NCBI GenBank assembly: GCA_001563335.1
Contig: LRSL01000031.1
Span: forward strand, 1-55,693
Length of the DNA: 55,693 nt
Direction: 5' to 3'
Source of the DNA: Candidatus Thorarchaeota archaeon SMTZ1-45
GTDB lineage: Archaea; Asgardarchaeota; Thorarchaeia; Thorarchaeales; Thorarchaeaceae
Shown here one piece after another: positions 19,522-28,210 of the stretch. Under the pieces are notes generated by a model, which saw nothing but the letters and a program-made list of their open reading frames with translations, did not search any database and was not told the origin of the DNA. The position numbers and the translations under genes are program-made. Every line of letters begins with the position of its first letter. Within the stretch, counting starts at the first letter, position 1.

Positions 19522-20040
19522 ATGTTTAACAAAAGAACCCACAGGGTTGTATTTGCTGTAGGAGTCCTGCTCGTCCTGTCATTGGCTGCATTCGGTTCGA
19601 TGATTGCAGTGGCTTGGATGAGTATGAATAATACAATGGTAATGACTTCAGATGCATATTCCATTGAGAATAGCGCTGTTGAAACCAGTGCGGCTTTAGC
19701 TTGGCGGATTGATCCCAATACCGTGAGGATCCTTGACTACCGAGTTGATCCTAACACCGTGAAGATCCTTGACTTCCGAGTTGATCCTAACACCGTGAGG
19801 ATCCTTGACTACCGAGTTGATCCTAACACCGTGAGAATCCTTGACTTCAAAGACACTGCTAGAGTGGCAGACTTCAAGCTTGATCCTAGTGATGAAAGAA
19901 CAATTGACTTCAAAGAAACATCTGCAGGGGTTCATTTTCGAATTGATCCCAATACTGTAAGGATCCTTGACCACAAAGAGGAATTTAGAGCTTTATGCCC
20001 TGGTGGCGCCCACTATGCTTTCGACTACGTTCTATATTAG
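19522..20040 (+). CDS. Exported or membrane-anchored tandem-repeat protein (candidate multi-copy peptide precursor)
   Basis: GGAGGAG RBS at 19508-19514. N-terminal basic plus hydrophobic signal. Five near-identical R(I/V)DPNTV(R/K)ILD(Y/F/H) units plus degenerate units. Confidence 0.75.
   Translation: MFNKRTHRVVFAVGVLLVLSLAAFGSMIAVAWMSMNNTMVMTSDAYSIENSAVETSAALAWRIDPNTVRILDYRVDPNTVKILDFRVDPNTVRILDYRVDPNTVRILDFKDTARVADFKLDPSDERTIDFKETSAGVHFRIDPNTVRILDHKEEFRALCPGGAHYAFDYVLY
19705..19974 (+). repeat. 36-bp coding tandem repeat (4 contiguous copies, 1 degenerate, 1 dispersed)
   Basis: Units at 19705, 19741, 19777 and 19813 (consensus CGAGTTGATCCTAACACCGTGAGGATCCTTGACTAC), a degenerate unit at 19876 and a further copy at 19939-19974. 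Confidence 0.95.
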
Positions 20041-20135
20041 AAGAAAGTAGATTGATCGAATAAGGTAAACATGATTCATGGTCCACTAGATGGACTCACC
20101 CCAGGAAAAAAAAACGAAAGAAGGAGAACTTTAGT

Positions 20136-20465
20136 TTATTTTTCTTGAAATGCTTCAAAAGCATGCTTCTTAGCAGAATCGCGTAATTTCCGGATATCAG
20201 TTGCTTGGCTTTTTATCTCCTCAAAGAGGTCAATACGTGCAGATATAGCTTGTTCGACAAATGCAGATACAGCTTCAGACCTACTCTTAAAAATCTCAAG
20301 TTCGACTAAAGCATCTAAGATTTCGACAATATCGCCACTCATCCTAGTCATGACTGAAACTTCACGCTTCTTGGAAACAAGCTCTTCGTCAGATAGACGT
20401 CCAAGAAGCTGTTCGCGTAGGCTTAATTGTACACCCTCTGTTTTCGATGATTTCTCTTCTGCCAT
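20136..20465 (-). CDS. Ribbon-helix-helix (CopG/Arc/MetJ-like) regulator
   Basis: VSVMTRMSGDIVEILDALVELEIFKSRSEAVSAFV RHH pattern; GGTGA RBS before the ATG at 20465. Confidence 0.75.
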   Translation of the reverse strand: MAEEKSSKTEGVQLSLREQLLGRLSDEELVSKKREVSVMTRMSGDIVEILDALVELEIFKSRSEAVSAFVEQAISARIDLFEEIKSQATDIRKLRDSAKKHAFEAFQEK

Positions 20466-20481
20466 CTCTTTCACCTTATTT

Positions 20482-20541
20482 ATTTCATGTAATTATATGA
20501 TACAGACGCTTATATCTGTTTTTCATGTAATAGTATTACAT
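20482..20541. promoter_or_regulatory. Operator-like repeats and palindromes between the RHH gene and the hydrogenase operon
   Basis: TTTCATGTAAT at 20483 and 20521; perfect palindrome ATGTAATA-g-TATTACAT (20525-20541); near-palindrome TCATGTAATTATATGA. Confidence 0.5.
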
Positions 20542-20674
20542 AATTCAAGATATAAATTTCATGGTTAAGGAACGGATGCAAAAATACACTTTTGGCAAAA
20601 TGTTGGAACCAATGCAAACAGTCTTAACTTGAGATATCGCGCCTCTCGACGTTTCAAAAGGTCCTCATAAAAGG

Positions 20675-21715
20675 GTGTCAAGATTGCGCATATTGAAAAT
20701 GCAGCCAAAGTTTCTCGAGGTTTTCCTCGAGAGTCTGGACAAGTTTGGCCAGTTATATGGACCAAAACAAAAGAATGGAGTGTTGTCATATGACCGTCTT
20801 GAGAGCATATCCGAATTGGTCATCACTGACGAGCACCCTATGATTCCAATCAAGAAGTTATTTCATCCGATGCAGTTCACTATGATGCATTTCAATGAGA
20901 GAGGCTTCGAACCAGACTATTCTGTAATCGAGAAACGGGTCATATTAGGAGTTCATCCATGTGAGATACATAGTCTTCTAAGGCTAGACGATGTATTCCT
21001 CAGAAACCCAGTTGATCCATATTACTCAGGTCTGAGAAAGAATTCAGCAATAATTGGATTCTCGTGTCTTCCGACTGAGAACTCTCTTTGTTTCTCAACA
21101 GACACTGATATTGTTGAAGAGGGGTTTGATCTATTCTTTGTGAATCTGGGCGAGTTCTATCTTGTCTGGGTAGGGTCAAGCCTTGGCTATGACATGATAT
21201 ACCAGCGAGAGGAGTTCTTCGACGAAGATGTTACGCATGAAGATATCCAGATGTATATCGACTGGCGTCAGAAACGAAACAAGATGTTCAAGAAGAGCTT
21301 CGAATTCGACAGCATGCCAGACATTATGGAACTGAGTCACGATAGCGAAGTCTGGGACTATTTTGGGGACAAATGTCTTTCATGTGGTCAATGCTCTATG
21401 GTCTGCCCGACTTGTAATTGTTATAATGTTACAGATGTCTTTGATGTCACTAATGAAACAGTTGGGCGTCGTGACAGAGTATGGGATAGCTGCATGTTTG
21501 TTGATTATAGTCTCGTTGCTGGGGGACACAATTTTCGTGCATCCCGTGCAGACCGGCTAAGATTGTGGTATGGTCACAAGTTGAAGACTTTTGGAGTTGA
21601 TTATGGTCGTCCGGGATGTATTGGTTGCGGACGATGTGTTGACTCATGTCCAGTGGATATCAATGTCCTAACAATCTCAGAGGCTTTGACAACCAAGGAG
21701 GTGCCTAAACAATGA
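20675..21715 (+). CDS. hydB: Group 3b [NiFe] sulfhydrogenase beta subunit (Fe-S)
   Basis: GVHPCE, CLSCGQCSMVCPTCNC, RVWDSC and GCIGCGRCVDSCP. Confidence 0.9.
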   Translation: MSRLRILKMQPKFLEVFLESLDKFGQLYGPKQKNGVLSYDRLESISELVITDEHPMIPIKKLFHPMQFTMMHFNERGFEPDYSVIEKRVILGVHPCEIHSLLRLDDVFLRNPVDPYYSGLRKNSAIIGFSCLPTENSLCFSTDTDIVEEGFDLFFVNLGEFYLVWVGSSLGYDMIYQREEFFDEDVTHEDIQMYIDWRQKRNKMFKKSFEFDSMPDIMELSHDSEVWDYFGDKCLSCGQCSMVCPTCNCYNVTDVFDVTNETVGRRDRVWDSCMFVDYSLVAGGHNFRASRADRLRLWYGHKLKTFGVDYGRPGCIGCGRCVDSCPVDINVLTISEALTTKEVPKQ

Positions 21716-22560
21716 TTGTGAATGAGCAAATAGATAATCCATTCAAACCTAAGGCAGCTAGAATTGTGAGACATTATGATTTGATTAAGGACCACAGATT
21801 CTTCCAGATTAGACATATCGACATGAAGAAAGCCATGTCATTCACCTATAATCCGGGACAATTCATCATGGTATCAATACCCGGTGTAGGAGAAGCACCT
21901 TTTTCGATTTCATCTACGCCAAGTAGACCTGGTATTCTTGAACTAGGCATTAGAAAGGTTGGTAAACTGACTGAAGCATTGTTCAAGAAAAAGGACAACG
22001 ACGTAATCTACATTCGAGGACCTTATGGAAATGGCTTCAAACTAGACCAGATGGTCAATAAAGACCTCATAATAGTTGCTGGTGGATTAGGAGTAATACC
22101 TCTTCGGTCTATACTCTATTATGTTTTAGATAATAGAGACCAATTCAATCGAGTATTCTTTCTATATGGTACAAGGAGTCCTCAAGATTTTCTATTCAAA
22201 ACCGAGTTCTTTCAAATCAAAAAACGAGATGACATTGAATGCATGTACAGTGTTGATAGACCGGACAAGGACTGGACTGAAAATGTAGGTGTTGTGACTA
22301 AGTTATTCAAAGAGCTTCCAAAGATTGATCCAAAGGAAACTAATGCGGTTGTAGTTGGTCCACCTGTTATGTACAAATTTGTGATTGATGAGTTTCTAAA
22401 GCTTAAGATACCAAAGAACCAGATTCAGCTTTCTCTAGAGAGACGAATGAAATGCGGAATAGGCAAGTGTGGACATTGTGCTATTGAACATCTCTATACT
22501 TGTATGGATGGACCAGTGTTCACCTACTGGGACACGTTACACTTTAGGGAGTTGATCTAA
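21712..22560 (+). CDS. hydG: Sulfhydrogenase gamma subunit (FAD/NAD(P)-binding, [2Fe-2S])
   Basis: PGQF...GEAPFSIS, RGPYGNGF, AGGLG and SLERRMKCGIGKCGHC...CMDGPVF. Confidence 0.92.
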   Translation: MIVNEQIDNPFKPKAARIVRHYDLIKDHRFFQIRHIDMKKAMSFTYNPGQFIMVSIPGVGEAPFSISSTPSRPGILELGIRKVGKLTEALFKKKDNDVIYIRGPYGNGFKLDQMVNKDLIIVAGGLGVIPLRSILYYVLDNRDQFNRVFFLYGTRSPQDFLFKTEFFQIKKRDDIECMYSVDRPDKDWTENVGVVTKLFKELPKIDPKETNAVVVGPPVMYKFVIDEFLKLKIPKNQIQLSLERRMKCGIGKCGHCAIEHLYTCMDGPVFTYWDTLHFRELI

Positions 22561-22561
22561 G

Positions 22562-23338
22562 ATGACCACAACAGACAAACCAAAGGTTGGCATCTATGGC
22601 TTTACTGGCTGTGCAGGTGATCAGCTCCTAATCATTCATACTGAGGATGAAATCCTCAACCTATTTGGTGCTACTAACATCCAATCCTTTGTAATGGCCT
22701 CAAGTAATCCAATTGAAGGCGACCTTGATGTTGCCTTTATTGAAGGAAGCGTGAGCACAGAAGAAGAGAAAGAACATCTTCAAGAGATCAGAAAACGGTC
22801 TAAGATTTTGGTTGCAATCGGCAATTGTGCAGTCAATGGTGGCCCTCAAGCTATGTATACTGACGACGGAGGATACGAGAAGAGACTGTACAAAGTATAT
22901 GGCGAAGGTGTCAAGTTTGTATCTAAGCCCCTAGAAGCCAAGCCCATTGATACCTATGTTGAGGTGGACTATTACCTTCCGGGATGTCCAATAAGTCAAC
23001 CTCAGACATTTGCGTTAATTTCACGATTGATTCATGGAACAATACCTGAACCATATCCTCACCCCGTATGTCATGAGTGCAAGCTCAATGAGAACCATTG
23101 CTTGCTTCTTGATGAGAAGTTCTGTATTGGACCCATCACATTGGGAGGATGCGGATCAGCTTGTCCCAATCATGGGCTCCCTTGTGTGGGTTGCTGGGGA
23201 CCTAATGAGGACGGTAACTTCGCTCAGCATCTCAAGCTTCTTGAAAGCTTTGGACTAACCAAGGAAGAGATCATTCGACGTATCAGAGGGTTCGGGGGTT
23301 CAAAGATTATCAAATTCATTGAAAATGGAGGTAAATAG
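22562..23338 (+). CDS. hydD: Sulfhydrogenase delta ([NiFe] small) subunit
   Basis: IEGSV, AIGNCAVNGG, LPGCP, VCHEC and CIGPITLGGCGSACP...CVGCWG. Confidence 0.9.
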   Translation: MTTTDKPKVGIYGFTGCAGDQLLIIHTEDEILNLFGATNIQSFVMASSNPIEGDLDVAFIEGSVSTEEEKEHLQEIRKRSKILVAIGNCAVNGGPQAMYTDDGGYEKRLYKVYGEGVKFVSKPLEAKPIDTYVEVDYYLPGCPISQPQTFALISRLIHGTIPEPYPHPVCHECKLNENHCLLLDEKFCIGPITLGGCGSACPNHGLPCVGCWGPNEDGNFAQHLKLLESFGLTKEEIIRRIRGFGGSKIIKFIENGGK

Positions 23339-23339
23339 A

Positions 23340-24632
23340 ATGGCAAACAAGAGGAGTATCACTATCGAACCCCTAGCTAGAGTTGAAGGTCATGGAGGAA
23401 TAAAGGTCGAGATAAAGGACAATAAAGTAGACAATGTTGAGGTTCGTATCTTAGAGGGCCCACGTCTATTCGAGGAGTTAGTGCTAGGCAAAACACCTCA
23501 GGAGGACCTCAGTATCGTGCCTAGAATCTGTGCGATTTGTAACTTATCCCACAAGTATGCAGCACTCAGAGGGCTTGAGAAGGCAGTTGGTGTAAAGGTC
23601 GATTCTACAACTCATCTCTACAGAGAACTAATGCATCATGGAGAGATGATTGAAAGTCATAGTCTGCATATCTACTTTCTAGCATTACCGGATTTCCTTG
23701 GCTACGATAATGCTGTTGCAATGGCTGACAAGTATGGTGACACTGTGGCAAAAGCTCTGCAACTCAAAAAATTTGGGAACAAGATAATGCGGATGATGGG
23801 AGGGCGGATGATTCATGGTGAGAATCCAGTTATTGGGGGATTCAGCAGGCTTCCCTCAAAGGAAAATCTCACTAAGGTGAAAGAAGAAGCTATTGAACTA
23901 CTTGACTTTGCTTTAGCGACCATAGACTTGCTTGGGAATCTCGAAGTTCCGGATCATATGGAACGGGACACCCAGTTCCTTTGCTGTAAACCTCCAAGTG
24001 AGGAGTATGGATATCACGGTGACATCCTTATGACCTCTGATGGTGAGGAACATCCTGTTGAGAACTACAAGAACGTCATTAAGGAACGGGTTGTCAGTCA
24101 CAGTTTTGCGAAACGAAGTCAGTATAACGAGAAACCATTTACAGTAGGAGCACTTGCACGTGTCCTTTTGCTAGGAGAACGTCTAAAGGGAAAGGCCAAG
24201 CAATCGTATGATAAACTGATTACTGATCGGTGGTATCGTAATCCTCTATTCAACAATCATGCACAAGCTATTGAGCAGGTCTATTCGCTTGAAGGCATCA
24301 TCGATACTGTAAATCAGCTTCTCATCAGCGAAGATGCAAGGATTGCACAGCCAACACAGAAAACTGGTGTCGGTACAGGAGCTGTAGAAGCGCCTCGCGG
24401 GACCTTGATTCATCACTATGAGGTGAAGGAGGGGGTAATCGTAGCTGCAGACTTCATTACTCCGACAGCTATGTTTCTTGATGATATTGAAGCATTCATA
24501 CGAACTGGTGGTGATCATCTTCTCGCTATGAATCAGCTTGATAATATTGAACTCCAATTTGAGATGATAGCCAGAGCTTATGATCCATGTATTAGCTGCA
24601 GTGCTCATCTTGTTGAAGTTGTATACAAGTAG
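23340..24632 (+). CDS. hydA: Sulfhydrogenase alpha ([NiFe] large) subunit
   Basis: ARVEGH, L1 motif RICAIC, EAPRGTLIH, and L2 motif DPCISCSAH with a short cleavable C-terminal tail; GGAGGT RBS before 23340. Confidence 0.95.
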   Translation: MANKRSITIEPLARVEGHGGIKVEIKDNKVDNVEVRILEGPRLFEELVLGKTPQEDLSIVPRICAICNLSHKYAALRGLEKAVGVKVDSTTHLYRELMHHGEMIESHSLHIYFLALPDFLGYDNAVAMADKYGDTVAKALQLKKFGNKIMRMMGGRMIHGENPVIGGFSRLPSKENLTKVKEEAIELLDFALATIDLLGNLEVPDHMERDTQFLCCKPPSEEYGYHGDILMTSDGEEHPVENYKNVIKERVVSHSFAKRSQYNEKPFTVGALARVLLLGERLKGKAKQSYDKLITDRWYRNPLFNNHAQAIEQVYSLEGIIDTVNQLLISEDARIAQPTQKTGVGTGAVEAPRGTLIHHYEVKEGVIVAADFITPTAMFLDDIEAFIRTGGDHLLAMNQLDNIELQFEMIARAYDPCISCSAHLVEVVYK

Positions 24633-24639
24633 ATTCGTT

Positions 24640-24668
24640 CTGTGAGTGTGAGTCTTTCACGCTCACAG
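24640..24668. terminator. Hairpin between convergent genes
   Basis: CTGTGAGTGTGA-gtctt-TCACGCTCACAG inverted repeat right after the hydA stop. Confidence 0.55.
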
Positions 24669-25037
24669 TTACTCTTGGTCTACGTTTTTCTCTGTTTCAA
24701 AATCAGCTCTATCATGAATCATGTGTTGAATCCAGTCTATTGGTGCACGTAAGACAAGTCTAGGTCCTGAAAACCGCATTACACGTCGGATTTCATCACG
24801 CATCGTTGGTCTATAGCAATGAACGGGGCACTTCCTGCAGGTTGGCTTGTCTTCTTGGTATCGACACTGTTCCAACCGTTGATGAGAGTACTCCAACAGC
24901 CTTTGGCAGTCAGAGCATAGAGAACCATGTAAGGTGGTATGTTTCTTCTCACAAAATAGACGAATCATTTTCTCAACTGTTTCTTTTTCTTTCTGTATTT
25001 TGGGACTGATAGGGGAGGAGGTCGATTCATCATGCAT
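24669..25037 (-). CDS. YgbA-like (nitrous oxide-stimulated promoter family) Cys-rich protein
   Basis: EKETVEKMIRLFC...C..C..LLEY...RL..C....KPTCRKCPVHCY...IRRVMRFSGPR; GGTGA RBS before 25037. Confidence 0.85.
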   Translation of the reverse strand: MHDESTSSPISPKIQKEKETVEKMIRLFCEKKHTTLHGSLCSDCQRLLEYSHQRLEQCRYQEDKPTCRKCPVHCYRPTMRDEIRRVMRFSGPRLVLRAPIDWIQHMIHDRADFETEKNVDQE

Positions 25038-25166
25038 TCCTATAATCACCATGAGTTCTCTTTCCACGATGAATTGACCTATTTCAAGGATGGGATAAGG
25101 ATGTCCTTGAGACAAGCCTTAAGATAAGAGGGAAATCGCAAACACCAACTCTTTCGAGGTAGTTTC

Positions 25167-25442
25167 ATGGCATTATACTGTGTGATGGTCAAAGGTCCTT
25201 GTCGTGGCTCTTACTGTGACTATTGGGGAAGAGTAAAGATCAGGAAGTCATCAGTGGAGGAACTCACTGCTGGAATAAGAGCCGCTATTATGAAATGTCG
25301 AGATGATGCTTCGGTGACCCTTGAAGATGCAATGCGAGAGTATTGGCGTTTGATTGGAGTGCGTGATATGAAAAAACTGCGTGAAGAGGAGCCAGACCTC
25401 TGTGCTAAAATGATAGAGGCGGAGGTCCGAGCTCAGATCTGA
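25167..25442 (+). CDS. Hypothetical protein with N-terminal Cys cluster
   Basis: GAGGT RBS; C-x6-C-x4-C-DYW. Confidence 0.6.
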   Translation: MALYCVMVKGPCRGSYCDYWGRVKIRKSSVEELTAGIRAAIMKCRDDASVTLEDAMREYWRLIGVRDMKKLREEEPDLCAKMIEAEVRAQI

Positions 25443-25448
25443 TTATTA

Positions 25449-27104
25449 CTAGCTCACATCAGCAGGTACCGGGACCATATTGCCTCTATTGATGAGCCAT
25501 TTTGAATCAAGGGACCTCTTTACTGCTTGCATTTCTGTGATGCCTTTCTCTCCATACATTGCTTCTAGGAATGCACGTTTAAGCTTCCCAATGCCATGCT
25601 CTGCTGCGACAGTCCCTCCCAACTCAATAGCTTTCTTCGCAAAGATCATGTAATTGTCCATTCCCTGCTTAACCTCTTCGTTGTTTCTAGGAAGCATATT
25701 CACATGTATGTGATTGTCACCGATATGCCCCCACATCACGTATTCCATACCTTGCGCATCAAGGGTTGATATGTAGTAGTGTAGATATTCTCTAAGAGTC
25801 TCATCAGGAACAGCCATGTCAGTGCCAATCTTGTGAACCTCAGGATATTGCGCTTTTCTCTGAGCAATTATGCCGTTGACTGTTTCTGGAACAAAGTGAC
25901 GCACTGTCTTCATCTTAGCAAGTTCAGACCGATCCATCCCAGCCCAGCTCGACTCAGATGATGTGTTATTCTTCATAAGAATCTCTTCTAGACCCATGAC
26001 AAGTTCTTCCATATTCTCAGGTGTGAATGAGAATTCAAAGAAGATGATCGCTTTTGTGTCATCCTTCATAGCTGGGACTTTAATTCCTGCAGCTCCAGCC
26101 TTTTCTTTTATCATTTCAATGGCATGTGGTCCAAAATACTCCAAAAAGTCCATTTTTATTGGAGAATCAGGGGCACGAACATCATAGACAAAATTGATTG
26201 CATCATCTATACTTGGGAAGAAAGCCATTACTGTCATGATGTTCTCTTCAAGTTGAACCAGACCTAGTTCGACTTCTGTAATCACACCTAGTATGCCCTC
26301 TGAACCGATGAACAGATCAATGAGGTCCATGTCTGGTTTCGCAAAGAGTCCTGCAGCATTCTTTGTCTTTGGCATTGTATAGGAAGGAATAGTGACTTCA
26401 GCCTCGGTCCCATCACTAAGCACAATCACAAATTTACCGTTTTCAGCGATGATTTTTCCACGTTCAATATCCAGAATATCACCATTTGCTAGAACAACCC
26501 GGATGTGATAGACCCACGGTCTCACAGCTCCATACTTGAAGGTCCTTGCACCTGAAGCGTTACAAGCCACAATACCACCTAGCCACGCACTCATCTCAGT
26601 AGGATCTACTGGAAATGTGAGTGTTTGAGCTTCACCTAGAAAACGTTCTAGGGCTTTTTGTTGATTAGGTGTTCCTTTTCCTCTAAGCTTTTCCAGCTTC
26701 TTTGACTGAACAGCATCAACTAAATCTTCGAGGGTTAGACCGGATTGCGCCGCTATAGAGTATAACTCTTTGGAATTATCATAGTTCATGTACGATAACT
26801 GGTTCATTTTTTCAAGATTCAACGCAATTCCACCTAATGGGACTGCTGCACCTGTGAGACCAGTCCTACCGCCTTGAATAGTCACAGGAATTTCACTTTC
26901 ATATGCACTTCTCATAATTGCTGCGACCTCAGCTTCTGTTGAGGGGAAAATGATTTTCTCTGCAACGCCATCAAAGGAATGACTTTCATCATCAAGATAC
27001 AGCGCATATGTATCGGTAATCTCCGCTTGATCAACTACTGTTTTTGTCTGTGATAGATCTACTATATCTGATGCTTGAGCAACAATTCGGTTTGTCATTG
27101 TCAA
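25449..27104 (-). CDS. FAD-linked oxidase (GlcD/D-lactate dehydrogenase family)
   Basis: QGGRTGLTGAAVP, NASGARTFKYG, FIGSEGILGVITE, GHIGDNHIHVN and AEHGIGKLK. Confidence 0.9.
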   Translation of the reverse strand: MTMTNRIVAQASDIVDLSQTKTVVDQAEITDTYALYLDDESHSFDGVAEKIIFPSTEAEVAAIMRSAYESEIPVTIQGGRTGLTGAAVPLGGIALNLEKMNQLSYMNYDNSKELYSIAAQSGLTLEDLVDAVQSKKLEKLRGKGTPNQQKALERFLGEAQTLTFPVDPTEMSAWLGGIVACNASGARTFKYGAVRPWVYHIRVVLANGDILDIERGKIIAENGKFVIVLSDGTEAEVTIPSYTMPKTKNAAGLFAKPDMDLIDLFIGSEGILGVITEVELGLVQLEENIMTVMAFFPSIDDAINFVYDVRAPDSPIKMDFLEYFGPHAIEMIKEKAGAAGIKVPAMKDDTKAIIFFEFSFTPENMEELVMGLEEILMKNNTSSESSWAGMDRSELAKMKTVRHFVPETVNGIIAQRKAQYPEVHKIGTDMAVPDETLREYLHYYISTLDAQGMEYVMWGHIGDNHIHVNMLPRNNEEVKQGMDNYMIFAKKAIELGGTVAAEHGIGKLKRAFLEAMYGEKGITEMQAVKRSLDSKWLINRGNMVPVPADVS

Positions 27105-27225
27105 TCGTCCTATGAACTAATTCTCGAGATTGCAATGATAAGGCAATATCAAGGATTTGGTCTGGTAGTTCAACTAACTTCTTTTAAAAGATGCAAGTTA
27201 CTTTACACCAAGTGAGTGAGAAAGC

Positions 27226-28134
27226 TTGAGAATTGCTGCAGTTTCAGACATACATGTGTTGCCCAACGGCAGTGATGAGCTTCTTTTGACAAAGATTAAG
27301 GAACGAGTTGAAGAGATTGACCCAGATGTCTTTGTGATTGCAGGCGATATCAGTGACCGACTAGATGTCCTTTCAGACGCTCTGTCTAAGTTACAAGCAA
27401 AGAGTTGTGAGAATCTTTTTGTTTCTGGTAACCATGACATCTGGTTTGAGGAACAAGAGGGACCAGGATCTCTAGAGAAGTACTCTAGAATAATAGGAGA
27501 GGTGTGCAAGAGGAATGGATTTTCTCACATACCAGATGCACCCATAGTTCTAGAGGATTATGCATTCATTGGCAGTATTGGTTGGTATGATTACTCATTC
27601 AAGCGTGATGAGCTCAATATACCAATGAAGAATTATGAGCAGAAAGAGTATCAAGGTGCAATATGGTATGACCTTCTCAGGCTTGATTGGGAGTTTAGTG
27701 ATAGAGAGGCTACAGATTTGTTCAACAGAAAGATAGAGTATGATTTGAAGACACTGCCAGAGGACTGCAAATATGTCATCTATGTGTCTCATCATCTCCC
27801 ATTTCAGGACCTTACAATCTACAAGAACAAGTTGCCTTGGGATTTTCATGGAGCTTTCATGGGGGCCACCAGCACTGGTCATATTATAAAGAGCGATGAA
27901 AGAATACTATTATCAGTTTCAGGACATAGTCACGTTCGAAACATGGTAACATATGAGAATCTTGTAGCACTAACTGTTCCAGTAGGGTATGGACGTCCAG
28001 AGCCTAGACATCTAGAAGATTTTGTAAAAGATGCAATAGCCATTATTGACCTCGATGAAAAAGACGTAAAGATTCATGATTTTGTGAGAGGTGATTTGTC
28101 CGCGGGTCTTCCCTTTGCATCATCAAGAAATTGA
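27226..28134 (+). CDS. Calcineurin-like metallophosphoesterase
   Basis: SDIH, AGDI, GNHD, HHLP and GHSH motifs. Confidence 0.9.
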   Translation: MRIAAVSDIHVLPNGSDELLLTKIKERVEEIDPDVFVIAGDISDRLDVLSDALSKLQAKSCENLFVSGNHDIWFEEQEGPGSLEKYSRIIGEVCKRNGFSHIPDAPIVLEDYAFIGSIGWYDYSFKRDELNIPMKNYEQKEYQGAIWYDLLRLDWEFSDREATDLFNRKIEYDLKTLPEDCKYVIYVSHHLPFQDLTIYKNKLPWDFHGAFMGATSTGHIIKSDERILLSVSGHSHVRNMVTYENLVALTVPVGYGRPEPRHLEDFVKDAIAIIDLDEKDVKIHDFVRGDLSAGLPFASSRN

Positions 28135-28210
28135 CAGACACATTAATGAGTAGGAGCAACAGTCAGGTTGGACACATGGTCCTTGTGATGGACCAACCGA
28201 TGAATCTGAA

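Noticed and set aside
19705-19974. 36-bp repeats as a CRISPR array
   Set aside because: The first four units are head-to-tail with no unique spacers, the repeat is in frame with mostly synonymous or conservative variation inside an ORF with RBS and signal peptide, and there are no cas genes in the window.
19696-19974. Antisense repeat ORF (VKDPHGVRINS repeats)
   Set aside because: It is simply the reverse-strand reading of the 36-bp repeat; the plus-strand ORF has the RBS, signal peptide and synonymous-site variation pattern.
19146-20570. Mobile element or prophage call for the repeat-gene cassette
   Set aside because: There is no transposase, integrase or terminal inverted repeat, and the flanking 15-bp direct repeat alone is insufficient.
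22610-22621. Possible selenocysteine (TGA) in the hydD CxxC motif
   Set aside because: The TGA in GGTGAT is out of frame; the in-frame codons are GGT GAT (Gly-Asp).
28160-28200. Small hairpins upstream of the first permease as a riboswitch (for example fluoride)
   Set aside because: Only short stems (GGTCC/GGACC, GGTTGG/CCAACC) are present, and I could not match a riboswitch consensus by eye.
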